Assembly: GCA_963828125.1 (NCBI GenBank)
Contig: CAWHDP010000001.1
Span: 96,001-160,000, forward strand
Source: an uncultured Chlamydiae bacterium
Lineage (GTDB): Bacteria; Chlamydiota; Chlamydiia; Chlamydiales; SM23-39
Direction: 5' to 3'
Length of the DNA: 64,000 nucleotides
The position numbers and the translations under genes were made by a program. The first letter of the stretch is position 1, and the number at the start of each line of letters is the position of its first letter. Below are positions 1 through 9,811 of the stretch, piece by piece. The notes under the pieces were generated by a model, which ran no database searches, was not told the origin of the DNA, and saw only the letters and a program-made list of their open reading frames with translations.

Positions 1-324
1 GTTCTCCTTGCCGCAAGGGCCGGCGCTCAATACATCGCCCCCTATTTTTCGACGATTTGCGAGCTCGAAATGACAGGATTTGATCAGTTCAAGCTCATGC
101 TCCATGTGTTAAAGCAGCACCGCTACCCGGCGAAGATACTCGCCGCCTCTTTGAAATCGGGAGAACATGTGAGAGAGTGCGCAGAAATAGGGGCCGATGC
201 GGTCACTTTGAATAAAGAGGTGTTTTTGTCCTTGATCGGCAACCATCCAGAGACCATGAAACGGGTGGAACGGTTCTCGAAAGATTGGGAAACGGCTGCA
301 GCGCGGAAAAGTTTACCTCTTTAA
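1..324 (+). CDS. Transaldolase / fructose-6-phosphate aldolase family protein, 3' part (starts before the window)
   Basis: The frame is open from base 1 (VLLAARAGAQYIAPYF...). KILAASLK, GADAVTL, HPET and F..DW match the C-terminus of the transaldolase/FSA family. Confidence 0.85.
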   Translation, partial: VLLAARAGAQYIAPYFSTICELEMTGFDQFKLMLHVLKQHRYPAKILAASLKSGEHVRECAEIGADAVTLNKEVFLSLIGNHPETMKRVERFSKDWETAAARKSLPL

Positions 325-1161
325 CGAGCCGCCAAGCGCTTGAAAAATCCCTGGGAGCGGAGAGGAGAAATTGACTTCTTTGTTTGTGAAGGGGTGCTTA
401 AAGCCGAGCGTACAGGCGTGAAGGCAAAGCCGCTTCAGGGGATTTTCGACAGAGCCGTAGCGCTCGTCGCCGACCACAGGGTGGCCTGCCATTTGGCAAT
501 GGACTCGGATTTGGTGCTTGCGGCCCGTTTCGAGCCGCAATTTGAGGTAGGTATATTTGGCCGAACGGCGGATGACTCTGTAATGGGTGATCGCATCTTT
601 CCCTTCTGGAGATTCGATCACATGGAGGGAGGGGAGCTCCAGCAGCTTGCTCTCCCAAGAGCCCTCGGCCCCTTTCAGACGCCCTTCGACAATGGCGTAG
701 TATTCCCGCAAAATATCGTGATTTTCAAATAGGACGTCGAACCGCTCTTCCGACTCTTTGCCTCGGGCGAATAGGAGGATCCCTGAAGTCTCCCGGTCGA
801 TCCGGTGGACTGCGAAAATCTGATCGGTTCCGCTATGCTGGCGCAAAAGACCAAGGGCATGCCGCTGAGAGTCGGCTCCATCGAGGGGAACGCTCAAAAG
901 GCCGACCGGCTTGTCGATGACGATGATATGGCGATCTTCGTACAAAATATTCAAGCCAGGCACTTTCGGCGCCTTAAAAGTCTCTTTGACAGATAACCTC
1001 TCCCCTTTTGCAAGCGGGATATCTTCTCTCTGGATCCGTTTTCCCTCGAGCCGAAAACGGCCGTTTTTCAACCACGACTGCAAGGTTCTCCGCGAGCTAT
1101 CCGGATAGAGGTTCCGAAGGGCCTCGGCTACAGTCATATCGGCAGGCACTATATATTCCAT
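313..1161 (-). CDS. RluA-family pseudouridine synthase
   Basis: HRIDRETSG catalytic motif, plus LETGRKHQIRVH, GHPVVGDERYG and LCLHA. Confidence 0.95.
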   Translation of the reverse strand: MEYIVPADMTVAEALRNLYPDSSRRTLQSWLKNGRFRLEGKRIQREDIPLAKGERLSVKETFKAPKVPGLNILYEDRHIIVIDKPVGLLSVPLDGADSQRHALGLLRQHSGTDQIFAVHRIDRETSGILLFARGKESEERFDVLFENHDILREYYAIVEGRLKGAEGSWESKLLELPSLHVIESPEGKDAITHYRVIRRSAKYTYLKLRLETGRKHQIRVHCQMAGHPVVGDERYGSVENPLKRLCLHACTLGFKHPFTNKEVNFSSPLPGIFQALGGSLKR

Positions 1162-1187
1162 GCGAGGCAGTATAGAGGAGCGGGCCG

Positions 1188-1580
1188 TTATTCGGAAGGG
1201 GGCATTCTTAAAATCTTTTTTATAGAAACCCTTTTTTTCCCAGCCAATGCTTTCTCCTGGGCTCGCCGCGACCTGCGCTTTTTTTGCCGTCGAATTTTTT
1301 CCCGCTCTTGCTGCCGTTTACTTTTTTCTTTAGAAAGACCCTCTTCGATCCTTTCGCAAAGCTCCCTTCTGGCATAGAGCCGATTCAACTCCCTTGAGCG
1401 AGTGCTTTGCCGTTTGACTTCGATCCCGCTCGGGATATGCTTCAAATAGACGCAAGAAGAGGTTTTGTTGATTTTTTGGCCGCCGCTCCCCGACCCAAGG
1501 ATGAATTTTTCGAGCAGATCGCCCTCTTTGATCCCGAGTCTTTCCATACGAGTAGCTAGTTCTTCCCATGGATCAGTCAT
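1188..1580 (-). CDS. Codon-independent peptidyl-tRNA hydrolase / release-factor-like protein (ArfB/C12orf65 type)
   Basis: GSGSGGQKINKT (GGQ motif) followed by a long basic C-terminal tail. Confidence 0.9.
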   Translation of the reverse strand: MTDPWEELATRMERLGIKEGDLLEKFILGSGSGGQKINKTSSCVYLKHIPSGIEVKRQSTRSRELNRLYARRELCERIEEGLSKEKSKRQQEREKIRRQKKRRSRRAQEKALAGKKRVSIKKILRMPPSE

Positions 1581-1924
1581 CTCTCAAAACATACCCAATA
1601 TTGCATTTTGAATAACATTGAAAAAAACCAGAGTTTTTTAAAATTATGTTAAATCATTTATCTAGATATGGCAAGCATTCTATTTAAGTGTTTTATTTTT
1701 AGTTATTTGCGCGTCTTTAAAAACCTTTTTGACTTCATTAGCCTCAAGCTGTAAAATAGATGCATCTAAGGCATAGCAGGCATAGGCTTGATTGCTTTAG
1801 GTGTTTAGAACCTTAGCCCAGAATCTTGTCTTGGTCTGTCTTTATCAGAAAATGAATCCTGAAAAATTTGGCCGTAGTACACTGACTCTTAGGGTCAATT
1901 TTTATCTTTTTTGGAGTAAAATAA

Positions 1925-2341
1925 ATGAATCAACAAAATCAAAAACTGTATGTTGGAAACCTCAACTTTGATGCATCTGAAGATCAAGTTCGCGAACTTT
2001 TTGGAAGTTTTGGGGAAGTGCAGGAAGTTAAAATCGTAATGGACCGTTTTTCAGGCAGATCTCGTGGATTTGCTTTTGTCCGCATGGCGACAGCCGATGA
2101 TGCTGGCAAAGCAAAAGAGGCCCTCAATGGGCAGCCCTTCCAAGGCAAAGCTCTTGTGATCGACTGGGCGCGTACAGAACAGCGCGACCGTCCGATGGGC
2201 GAACGTCGTGAGCGTCCAGCTGGCGAATTCCGGCCACGTCGTGAAGGCGGCGCTGGCGGCGGCTGGGGCGGCGGCGGAGATCGCGGCGAGCGCCGTGAAC
2301 GGGAACCGCGCGGAGACCGTGGCGGATTCAACCGTTATTAA
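1925..2341 (+). CDS. RRM RNA-binding protein with Gly/Arg-rich tail
   Basis: RNP2 (LYVGNL) and RNP1 (RGFAFVRM) motifs, followed by an RG-rich C-terminus. Confidence 0.95.
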   Translation: MNQQNQKLYVGNLNFDASEDQVRELFGSFGEVQEVKIVMDRFSGRSRGFAFVRMATADDAGKAKEALNGQPFQGKALVIDWARTEQRDRPMGERRERPAGEFRPRREGGAGGGWGGGGDRGERREREPRGDRGGFNRY

Positions 2342-2757
2342 TCTTTAGCAAGCACTGCTATAGTTAGCCGAGCAGCTGAAATGAGCTGTTCGGCTTCATT
2401 CACAATCTTAATCTCCCACACCTGTGTAGTTTTTCCTAGATGAAGCGGTCTTGCGATGGCTCGCACAAAGCCGGAGCTAACGGTTCGAATGTGGTTGATA
2501 TTGAGATCTAGCCCTAAACACACTTTGCCCTTAGGGACGCAGGCATTGGCTGCTATGCTTCCCACTGTTTCCGCTAGAGCTGCCGTCGCACCGCCGTGAA
2601 CGGTTCCGAGGGGCTGATGAGTTCGCCGATCGACCGGCATGGTGGCAGTCATGTGGTTGTCGCCGATCTCCACGAATTCGATGCCCAAATGATCGCACAG
2701 CGTATTGCGGCAGCGGCGATTGATCTCTTCGAGAGTGATCGGGTGTGCCCATATCAT
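2338..2757 (-). CDS. Hotdog-fold thioesterase (MenI/YdiI-like)
   Basis: HQPLGTVHGGATAALAET and LNINHIR motifs. Confidence 0.9.
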   Translation of the reverse strand: MIWAHPITLEEINRRCRNTLCDHLGIEFVEIGDNHMTATMPVDRRTHQPLGTVHGGATAALAETVGSIAANACVPKGKVCLGLDLNINHIRTVSSGFVRAIARPLHLGKTTQVWEIKIVNEAEQLISAARLTIAVLAKD

Positions 2758-2773
2758 GATGCAAGTTCAGTTA

Positions 2774-2817
2774 TATTGTGGCCGCCCCAAAAGTGTGAAT
2801 TTGGGGCGGCCGCAGTA
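2774..2817. repeat. 44-bp palindromic mini-MITE (family M2), flanked by TA
   Basis: TA-tattgtggccgccccaaa-agtgtgaa-tttggggcggccgcagta-TA. Homologous to the copies at 20251-20294 and 22470-22513. Confidence 0.9.
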
Positions 2818-3076
2818 TAACCTCTTATGTGCAAAAAGTCAACCGCGCAGCGCCGATAAATGGCTAAAGGGATAGTCGACCAATGACAATTAGATCGTTT
2901 AATGCTAGAATGTACTCTATTGGATAACCTAAATAATAGGGATTTTATGGTGGAACCAGCTCCAAGTAGTGATCGTATTGAGCATTCTGTGTGGGTTAAA
3001 AATTGGGGCGGTTTTCCAGATCCGAATAAGGGGTTGTCCAACAATAAATAGATTTTTATTAATGGAGTTTATATGA

Positions 3077-3385
3077 ATGTGGTTAACAATAATCCAGGGG
3101 GTTCCCTTTGTAGAACATCCCGATTGTTATCTTCGCTTGAACGTGACGGGAAAGCAGTGGAACGCCCTCGATGAGATGCTGCAGCGTGCTGGAGATATGT
3201 CGCAGGGCTCAGCAAAGACTTGGATTTTTCATAACAGGCATCTAATGTTATCTTGTATGCAAAGAATCGATAAGGGTGAATTGAAAGAGGGTCATTTGGC
3301 GGTTTGTCGTACAGTTATTGCGAATGCTGTTCGACACATAGAACGCGAGATCCGGTTGCTTCCCGTTGAGGCGGTCCCGTTATGA
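3077..3385 (+). CDS. Hypothetical protein
   Basis: 102-aa ORF with an upstream GGAG. No family recognised. Confidence 0.5.
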   Translation: MWLTIIQGVPFVEHPDCYLRLNVTGKQWNALDEMLQRAGDMSQGSAKTWIFHNRHLMLSCMQRIDKGELKEGHLAVCRTVIANAVRHIEREIRLLPVEAVPL

Positions 3386-4924
3386 GCGTATTCTCTTTCG
3401 GTTTTTCCACATCCGAATGGAGATTAAGATTGCCAAGATAGCGCCTACGATGCCTGTTACGTAACCAAATACGATCAGCGCGTCGTTCAGGCCTTGGATG
3501 TAGGCCTGGTTCAAGATGCTCTTTACGATTGCGGCTTTGGCTTGGGCGGCGTCGGGGTACTTGTTGTAAAGGTTATGGAAGGTCATTTTATAGCCAGGCA
3601 GTTGGGTGTTTGCCTGTTCTCCAAAACGGGCTGCGTGGAAAATTGTCTGCCGAATGCTGAAAATGGAGATGAGGGTGCCTCCGTAGGTGGCGCCCACTTG
3701 CCGAAAGAAGGTGAGGATCGTGGCGGCGGCCGATTTTAGCTCGTGTGGAACTCCGTAAAGGGCGAGAATTGTCGTGGGACCGAGGGACAAGCCAATGCCG
3801 ATCCCGCGGATTGTGAGGATAGGGATCACTTGATCGGCTCCGGTCAAAAAACTCAGTTCATTATTGTAAAAATAACTAAAGGAGAGACAAGAAAGTCCCA
3901 CAAAGGTGAGGATCGGGAGCGGTATATACCGAACCAGGTAGCTTGCTATAATACTAAAAATGGCAATGACAATCCCGTAAATCGAAGATGTTTGTCCGGT
4001 AATGAATTTTTCATACAGCAGCCCGTTCAGCATGTATTGAACGGAGGTGGCTACACTGGCAAAGGTGGCCATGCCTAAAAGAAACATGGCGGCTAAACTG
4101 ACGCTGAAGATGGGGTCTTTGAAAAGCGGCATCGGAATGAGGGGATCGGGATGGCGGTTTTCGACAAAAATACAGGCAAAAAGCGAGAGGACTGCAATCA
4201 CAAAAAAGGCGATGATATAGGGGGTTCTCCACCCTGCGTCGGTCGCTGGGATGGGTCCCAAAGTGAGCGCGATCAGCAGTGTAGATACGAAGAGGGCAAA
4301 TGTAATCAGGCCAAGAACGTCGAAGGGTGTCTTGCTCTGTTGTGAGTGTGAGGGCTTGGTGTGCCAGCAGGCGGCTCCTGCCAGCGAGCCTCCAAAAGCG
4401 ATGAGAAAAAAAAGCATTCTCCAACTCTGAAATTGGGTGAAATAGCCCGACAGAGGAAGCCCTAGCCCAATCCCCCCTCCAAAGGCTCCGGCAATGTACA
4501 AATTAATCCCCAATGCAATCCGCGATTTTGGAAGATTTTTGATGATGAGGGAAAGTCCGACAGGAAAAATAAATCCGGCTCCGACCCCCTCAATGAATCT
4601 CGCTGAGGCGATCATCCAAAAATTCTGCGCTAGAGCGGCTAGAAGCGAGCCGCAAACAAAGAAGATGATCCCGTAGGTATACATCTGATTAAAGCCGAAT
4701 CGGTTCGCAAACCAGTCGCCAGTCGGTACGGTCAAATTAATCCCAAGAAGATAGAGGGTGGTGAGCCAAATCGCATCCGTATCGCTGAGGGCTAGCTCTC
4801 CTTGAATGGCAGAGTCGGCGATGAGTGTGGTGATGGCAGAACAGACAGCGAGAAAGGTGGCAAGAATCACGTTGGCCGTGATGATGGCCGGGTAGTAAGA
4901 TCGCTCCTCTGCAAAAATACTCAT
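3380..4924 (-). CDS. DHA2/EmrB-type MFS efflux permease
   Basis: Many TM helices, FDVLG and DPLIPMPLFK (EmrB-like) motifs, adjacent to a HlyD-family gene. Confidence 0.9.
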   Translation of the reverse strand: MSIFAEERSYYPAIITANVILATFLAVCSAITTLIADSAIQGELALSDTDAIWLTTLYLLGINLTVPTGDWFANRFGFNQMYTYGIIFFVCGSLLAALAQNFWMIASARFIEGVGAGFIFPVGLSLIIKNLPKSRIALGINLYIAGAFGGGIGLGLPLSGYFTQFQSWRMLFFLIAFGGSLAGAACWHTKPSHSQQSKTPFDVLGLITFALFVSTLLIALTLGPIPATDAGWRTPYIIAFFVIAVLSLFACIFVENRHPDPLIPMPLFKDPIFSVSLAAMFLLGMATFASVATSVQYMLNGLLYEKFITGQTSSIYGIVIAIFSIIASYLVRYIPLPILTFVGLSCLSFSYFYNNELSFLTGADQVIPILTIRGIGIGLSLGPTTILALYGVPHELKSAAATILTFFRQVGATYGGTLISIFSIRQTIFHAARFGEQANTQLPGYKMTFHNLYNKYPDAAQAKAAIVKSILNQAYIQGLNDALIVFGYVTGIVGAILAILISIRMWKNRKRIRS

Positions 4925-5844
4925 CGAATGTTCACGCTGATCTCCGCCGACATCCCGGGATACAAATAAAGGGGATATTTCGACGGCGGCACTTCCAAGA
5001 GGATTTTAACGGGAACTCTTTGAACGACTTTCGTGAAATTGCCGGTCGCATTGTCCGGAGGAATCAAAGAAAATTGGGAGGCTGCTGCAGCTCTGACGAC
5101 GTAGACCGTCCCAATGAATTTTTCATGCGGATAGGCGTCAATCCGGATGTCGACTTTGTCTCCTGGCCGGAGGTGGCCTACTTTGCCCTCCTCTAGATTA
5201 GCGGTGACCCAGATGTTCTTCACGTCGGTGAGGCCAAAGAGCGGCTGGCCGATTTGGGCCACATCGCCTGCTACAACCCAACGTTTAGAGATCGCTCCAT
5301 CTCGAGGCGCGAAAATTTTCGTATGGCGCAACAATTCGTCGATCACACCGAGTTTTGCAATCCCGTTGCCTAAATTGGCCTCTGCTACTTTGTAATTGGC
5401 CATAGCAAAAAGGTAATCTTTTTCAATTTTATCAAAATCGATATAGGAGATGATCTGATTTTCGAACTCTTGCCTTGCGACAATATAAATATCGCGCAGT
5501 TTTTCCATTTCGATTTTTTGTAGCGCAACGGTTTTTTGTAGGTAATCGACGTTTGTTTCAGCATCGGCTCTTTGCGAATTGAAGATGCTCTCGTCGAGCT
5601 GACAGAGCAATTGCCCCGCCTCAACGAGATCCCCTTCATCGACAAAAAGCTCGATAATGCGCGCTTCGATGTCGGCGCTGATTGAAATTTGATAGCCGTC
5701 GAGATAGGCGTCGTTCGTCCAAACAAATCTCTTTGAGTGGATAAACCAGATGATGCCAACGGCCAAAAGGAGGAGAACCCCCAGCCCAGCCAGGGGCGTC
5801 TTCCAAGAATTTTTTTTCTTGGGACTTATGGGGGATTCGTCCAT
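4921..5844 (-). CDS. EmrA/HlyD-family membrane fusion protein
   Basis: FSLIPPDNATGNFTKVVQRVPVKI signature and an N-terminal TM helix. Confidence 0.95.
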   Translation of the reverse strand: MDESPISPKKKNSWKTPLAGLGVLLLLAVGIIWFIHSKRFVWTNDAYLDGYQISISADIEARIIELFVDEGDLVEAGQLLCQLDESIFNSQRADAETNVDYLQKTVALQKIEMEKLRDIYIVARQEFENQIISYIDFDKIEKDYLFAMANYKVAEANLGNGIAKLGVIDELLRHTKIFAPRDGAISKRWVVAGDVAQIGQPLFGLTDVKNIWVTANLEEGKVGHLRPGDKVDIRIDAYPHEKFIGTVYVVRAAAASQFSLIPPDNATGNFTKVVQRVPVKILLEVPPSKYPLYLYPGMSAEISVNIR

Positions 5845-5857
5845 GTGTGTATCTGCC

Positions 5858-6241
5858 TTAGCTGATGAATCCAGCCCAAAGAAGATAGACGCCGACGATC
5901 AGCCATACCCATGACATCACGGTATAGCCAGATCCTGCCAAGATATCTTTCATCATTTTAGCCAATGATTCAGGCCAAAAAATTCTCATGATTCCTTGGA
6001 AAATCAGCACCCATCCGAAGAGAGTGACTACGACTGGCCAGGCTGGAACCCAAATATTATGGCTGACAACGATCAAAAGACCTAAAGCCAAAGCGATCAG
6101 ACCTGTAGCGGTCAATACGGCAGGGTGAGTTAACGTGTCATGTAGGGTTTTTTTAAAACGGGCGTGATGGATGATCATCGCCAAACCCAGTAAAGTCAGC
6201 CAAAGTCCAATGACCTGGGCATAAAAAATAGAATTACACAT
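5858..6241 (-). CDS. Small integral membrane protein (about 4 TM)
   Basis: Hydrophobic ORF containing HNIW.P.WPVVVTL.GW. Confidence 0.75.
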   Translation of the reverse strand: MCNSIFYAQVIGLWLTLLGLAMIIHHARFKKTLHDTLTHPAVLTATGLIALALGLLIVVSHNIWVPAWPVVVTLFGWVLIFQGIMRIFWPESLAKMMKDILAGSGYTVMSWVWLIVGVYLLWAGFIS

Positions 6242-6381
6242 AGAGATAGCTCCTGTTTAATGCCTCTAGAGCGAGTTTTTGCAATCCTCCCTCTATTCTC
6301 TTCTTTAGCAAAGTTGGAATTATTTGACCTCAAAAATTATTTTGTCGATCTTTGGAATTGTTGTGCTGTTAATTTTGTGTT

Positions 6382-6849
6382 TTGTTAAAGTATTGCAAAA
6401 ATAATGTATTTTTTCGGATTACTTTGAAAAATTTAATTGCACGTGTTTTGTTTGCGTTTTTTGCAGCAACGGGGGAGGGAGATGGGTGGTTTCCCGTCGA
6501 AAAAAAGCTCCAGGCTGAAGAGATGGAGTGGGAAGAAGATCCCTCGATTTGGGTCCTTTTTGTCAAAAAGTTTGGATCGGAAACAATCCAGGTTCGATTT
6601 CCAGCAGATCCGGTTTACTGGATCAATGAGGCGGGGGAGCTTGTGATTGAGGCGGCGAAAGATGGAGAGGTATTTCGGCTGACGGTTCAGGAAATAGGGG
6701 CTGAGGCGGCTCGTTTAGAGAGGGAGGGGAAATGGGTGCATGAATATCGAATCGAGCGCGCTGGGCATAGCTGCCTTTTCCAGACGCTCAGTCCATTGAA
6801 GATCAGCCCGAATCACGACATATTCATCTCTTCGCTGGTCATCGACTGA
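6382..6849 (+). CDS. Hypothetical protein (start uncertain)
   Basis: 155-aa ORF filling the intergenic gap. No family recognised. Confidence 0.5.
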   Translation: MLKYCKNNVFFRITLKNLIARVLFAFFAATGEGDGWFPVEKKLQAEEMEWEEDPSIWVLFVKKFGSETIQVRFPADPVYWINEAGELVIEAAKDGEVFRLTVQEIGAEAARLEREGKWVHEYRIERAGHSCLFQTLSPLKISPNHDIFISSLVID

Positions 6850-6853
6850 AGGA

Positions 6854-8410
6854 TCAATAGATTCCTTGCAGCCTTTGGATTAAGTGATCGCCGACACGCA
6901 AGGCGTTTGCGATCGCGGTCAAAGAGGGGTTGACGGCGCCGATACTGGGGAAAAAGCTGGTATCGACGACATAGAGGTTGTCGAGCTCATGGGCTTTGCA
7001 GTTTGTGTCGAGGACTGAGGTATTTGGGTCGTGGCCGAAGCGGCATGTGCCTGCCTGATGACCGACGCCTGCGATCGGGATGGAGGTTTTCAAGTAAGCT
7101 TTGTGTGGAATCAGACAATTCGAATACATCCCCAAATGGTTGAGCATCGATTTGAGTTTACCATATAATTTTTGGGCGGGGATCTGGTTATTCGGCGTAT
7201 AACTCAAAGTGAGTTTTCCTTCGCGATCGACAGTGATCCGGTTATTTGGATCGGGTAAATCTTCGGTTGACAGCCAAAAATCGACTGCGTGCCGCGCGAT
7301 GGCGTCAAGCATCCGATTGGGGGCGAGCGCTGTCAGCATCGGTTTTTCCCCTTTAAACATCTGCCCCATCGTTTTGCCGATCATCTGAATATTGCCCATT
7401 GGATACTTGAACTCTTCCATGCCGAAATAAAAATCGTTGAGGGCGATTGTTTTTTGGAACCGGGTTAAATTGGGTTCACGCGACAGAGCGAGGACGGCTT
7501 GGCTGTTATGGAACATATAATTGCGTCCTACCTGATCGGAGCGATTGGCCAAGCCGTTTGGGTGGCGCTCATTGGCCGATTGGAGGAGCAATTTGGCCGA
7601 ATTGGCGGCGCCGCAGGAGACGACGACGATAGCGCCTCTAAACGTTACTGGTTCTCCATCGATTTCAGCGATCACTTCAGTGACGGAAGCGCCATTGGCA
7701 TTTGTGTTCAGCCGTGTGACTTGGGCATTTCTGATCAAACGGACATTTGCAAATGTCAGCGCAGGGCGAACCCCCATCATTTCGGCATCTGATTTGGCTT
7801 GGACGAGGCAAGGGAAGCCATCGCAGGTATTGCATCTTACGCATTGGCTGAAGCCCCTCTCTTTTTCGTTCAACATGACGCCGCATGGAGCTGGGAAGGG
7901 GTGATAGCCTTCCTTTGTCAAATTGTCGTAGAGCTTTTGGATTCTCGGTTCGTGGGAGACGTGGGGGTATGGGTAAGGGGCGCTTGAGGGTGGCTCTGTT
8001 GGATCGGCGCCGCGGAGACCGTGAACCTGGTACATCTCTTCGGCTTCGGTGTAGTAGGGTTCGAACTCTTCGTAGCGGACCGGCCAAGCCGGAGAGATCC
8101 CATCGTAGTGAGAGAGTTCTTCAAAATCTTCTTTTCTTAATCGGTAAAGAGCTGCGCCGTACATTTTTGTAGCGCCGCCGACAAAGTAGTGGACTTGGGG
8201 TTGGAACGGCTTGCCATGGCTGTCATACCAAGTATCTGGAGAGATGTAGCGGTTTTCGACAAAAACGGAGCGGACGTCCCAGTTTTCTGCCTCGCGCGGC
8301 AAAAAATCTCCCCGTTCGAGAATCAAAATGTTTTTCCCGGAAGGGGCGAGGCGTCTGGCTAAAGTGCCGCCGCCTGCTCCTGAACCGATGATGATCACGT
8401 CGTAATGCAT
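6854..8410 (-). CDS. GMC-family FAD oxidoreductase
   Basis: YDVIIIGSGAGGG Rossmann motif, VGGATKMYGA, HQAGTCRFG and AVNPSLT. Confidence 0.95.
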   Translation of the reverse strand: MHYDVIIIGSGAGGGTLARRLAPSGKNILILERGDFLPREAENWDVRSVFVENRYISPDTWYDSHGKPFQPQVHYFVGGATKMYGAALYRLRKEDFEELSHYDGISPAWPVRYEEFEPYYTEAEEMYQVHGLRGADPTEPPSSAPYPYPHVSHEPRIQKLYDNLTKEGYHPFPAPCGVMLNEKERGFSQCVRCNTCDGFPCLVQAKSDAEMMGVRPALTFANVRLIRNAQVTRLNTNANGASVTEVIAEIDGEPVTFRGAIVVVSCGAANSAKLLLQSANERHPNGLANRSDQVGRNYMFHNSQAVLALSREPNLTRFQKTIALNDFYFGMEEFKYPMGNIQMIGKTMGQMFKGEKPMLTALAPNRMLDAIARHAVDFWLSTEDLPDPNNRITVDREGKLTLSYTPNNQIPAQKLYGKLKSMLNHLGMYSNCLIPHKAYLKTSIPIAGVGHQAGTCRFGHDPNTSVLDTNCKAHELDNLYVVDTSFFPSIGAVNPSLTAIANALRVGDHLIQRLQGIY

Positions 8411-8571
8411 ATTCTGCTTATGTGTAGACGAATCAAATATTTTTTTCTACTCTGAATGAGTCCGAGAGCATAGAGGGTGGCGATGCGCGCGCTCATTCTG
8501 CACCCACATCATAGGCGTAAATCGCGTGCGGTTTATCTTTTTCTGAGTGCTTGAATCTTCTATTGCATCTC

Positions 8572-9810
8572 TTATCTAAGCCGATGTACGAGTCCTTCTA
8601 AGAATTCCTGTCTTCCGGAGCAAGGTTTAGGATCGAGTTTATTTTTCTCGACATATTTCGCGACCTCCTCAAAACTCATCTCTCCCGCTAATATCTTCTT
8701 CCCGAATTTTCCCTGCCATCCTTTGTAGCGCTCTTTGACAAACGCCTCGAGCTGCTTGTTTCGGATGATCTCTTCTGCATGTAAAAGTCCCTTGGCAAGC
8801 GTATCGACGGCATTGATATGGCCTGAGAACAAATCCTGCAGATCGATGCTCTGCCTTCTTACTTTGGCGTCGATATTGAATCCCCCCGATCCAAAGCCTC
8901 CGTGCTGCAAAATCAGATACAGAGCGTGCGTGTACTCGGTTCCATGGATCGGGAATTCGTCGGTATCCCAACCCAGGAGAGGGTCTCCTTCGTTTGCGTC
9001 GATGCTCCCAAAGACCCCATGCGCCATTGCATAGACAATTTCATGGGCAAGGGTATGGCCTGCTAAAGTCGCATGGTTCGTCTCAATGTTGAATTTATAT
9101 TCTTTTTCGAGTCCATACTTCTGCAAGAAGGCGTACGCATTCGCGCAATCGTAATCATACATATGTTTCATCGGTTCGCACGGCTTCGGCTCGATCAGGA
9201 GAGTCCCTTTGAAGCCGATTTTATGCTTATAATCGACGAGCATCGACAAAAATCTCCCATATTGATCCAACTCCTGACCGATATTTGTATTCAAAATGGT
9301 CTCGTATCCCTCTCTGCCGCCCCAAAGGACATAGTTCTCTCCTTTGAGTTGATGCGTTACATCGATTGCCTCTTTGACTTGATGGACGGCCATTGCGAAC
9401 ACCTCTGGATCGGGATTGGTGGAAGCGCCTGCCAAGTAGCGGGGATGGCCTGTTAAATTGGCTGTGCCCCAGAGAAGTTGAATCCCGGTCTTCGCCATCT
9501 CTTTTTCGATCAAACGGGCCATTTTTTGCAAAGAGACGCCTGCCGGCGCTACATCGACGTCGTGAAATGTGAAATACTTCAATCCCATTTTTTCGATAAA
9601 TTCGAAACCCGCCTTAATTTTTTCTTCGGGTTTACCGAACCAAGGCCTCTCGAAAACGGGCCATCCGAACATGTCGTTGCCGGGCCAGCAAAAAGTATGC
9701 CAGAAGCAGACGGCGATTCGGAGCTGTTCTTCCATGGTTCTCCCATGGACGATCTTTTTCGGTTCGTAATATTTGTATTTGACTGGAGGGATATCAGAGA
9801 AGTACTTCAT
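8572..9810 (-). CDS. xylA: Xylose isomerase (class II)
   Basis: FWHTF, FHDVD, LWGGREGY, EPKP.EP.KH.YD, NIE.NHA and GWDTDEF motifs. Confidence 0.97.
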   Translation of the reverse strand: MKYFSDIPPVKYKYYEPKKIVHGRTMEEQLRIAVCFWHTFCWPGNDMFGWPVFERPWFGKPEEKIKAGFEFIEKMGLKYFTFHDVDVAPAGVSLQKMARLIEKEMAKTGIQLLWGTANLTGHPRYLAGASTNPDPEVFAMAVHQVKEAIDVTHQLKGENYVLWGGREGYETILNTNIGQELDQYGRFLSMLVDYKHKIGFKGTLLIEPKPCEPMKHMYDYDCANAYAFLQKYGLEKEYKFNIETNHATLAGHTLAHEIVYAMAHGVFGSIDANEGDPLLGWDTDEFPIHGTEYTHALYLILQHGGFGSGGFNIDAKVRRQSIDLQDLFSGHINAVDTLAKGLLHAEEIIRNKQLEAFVKERYKGWQGKFGKKILAGEMSFEEVAKYVEKNKLDPKPCSGRQEFLEGLVHRLR

Positions 9811-9811
9811 T

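Noticed and set aside
2754..3044. 96-aa minus-strand ORF
   Set aside because: It has a non-ATG start, runs through the M2 repeat and an AT-rich intergenic region, and shows no recognisable motif.
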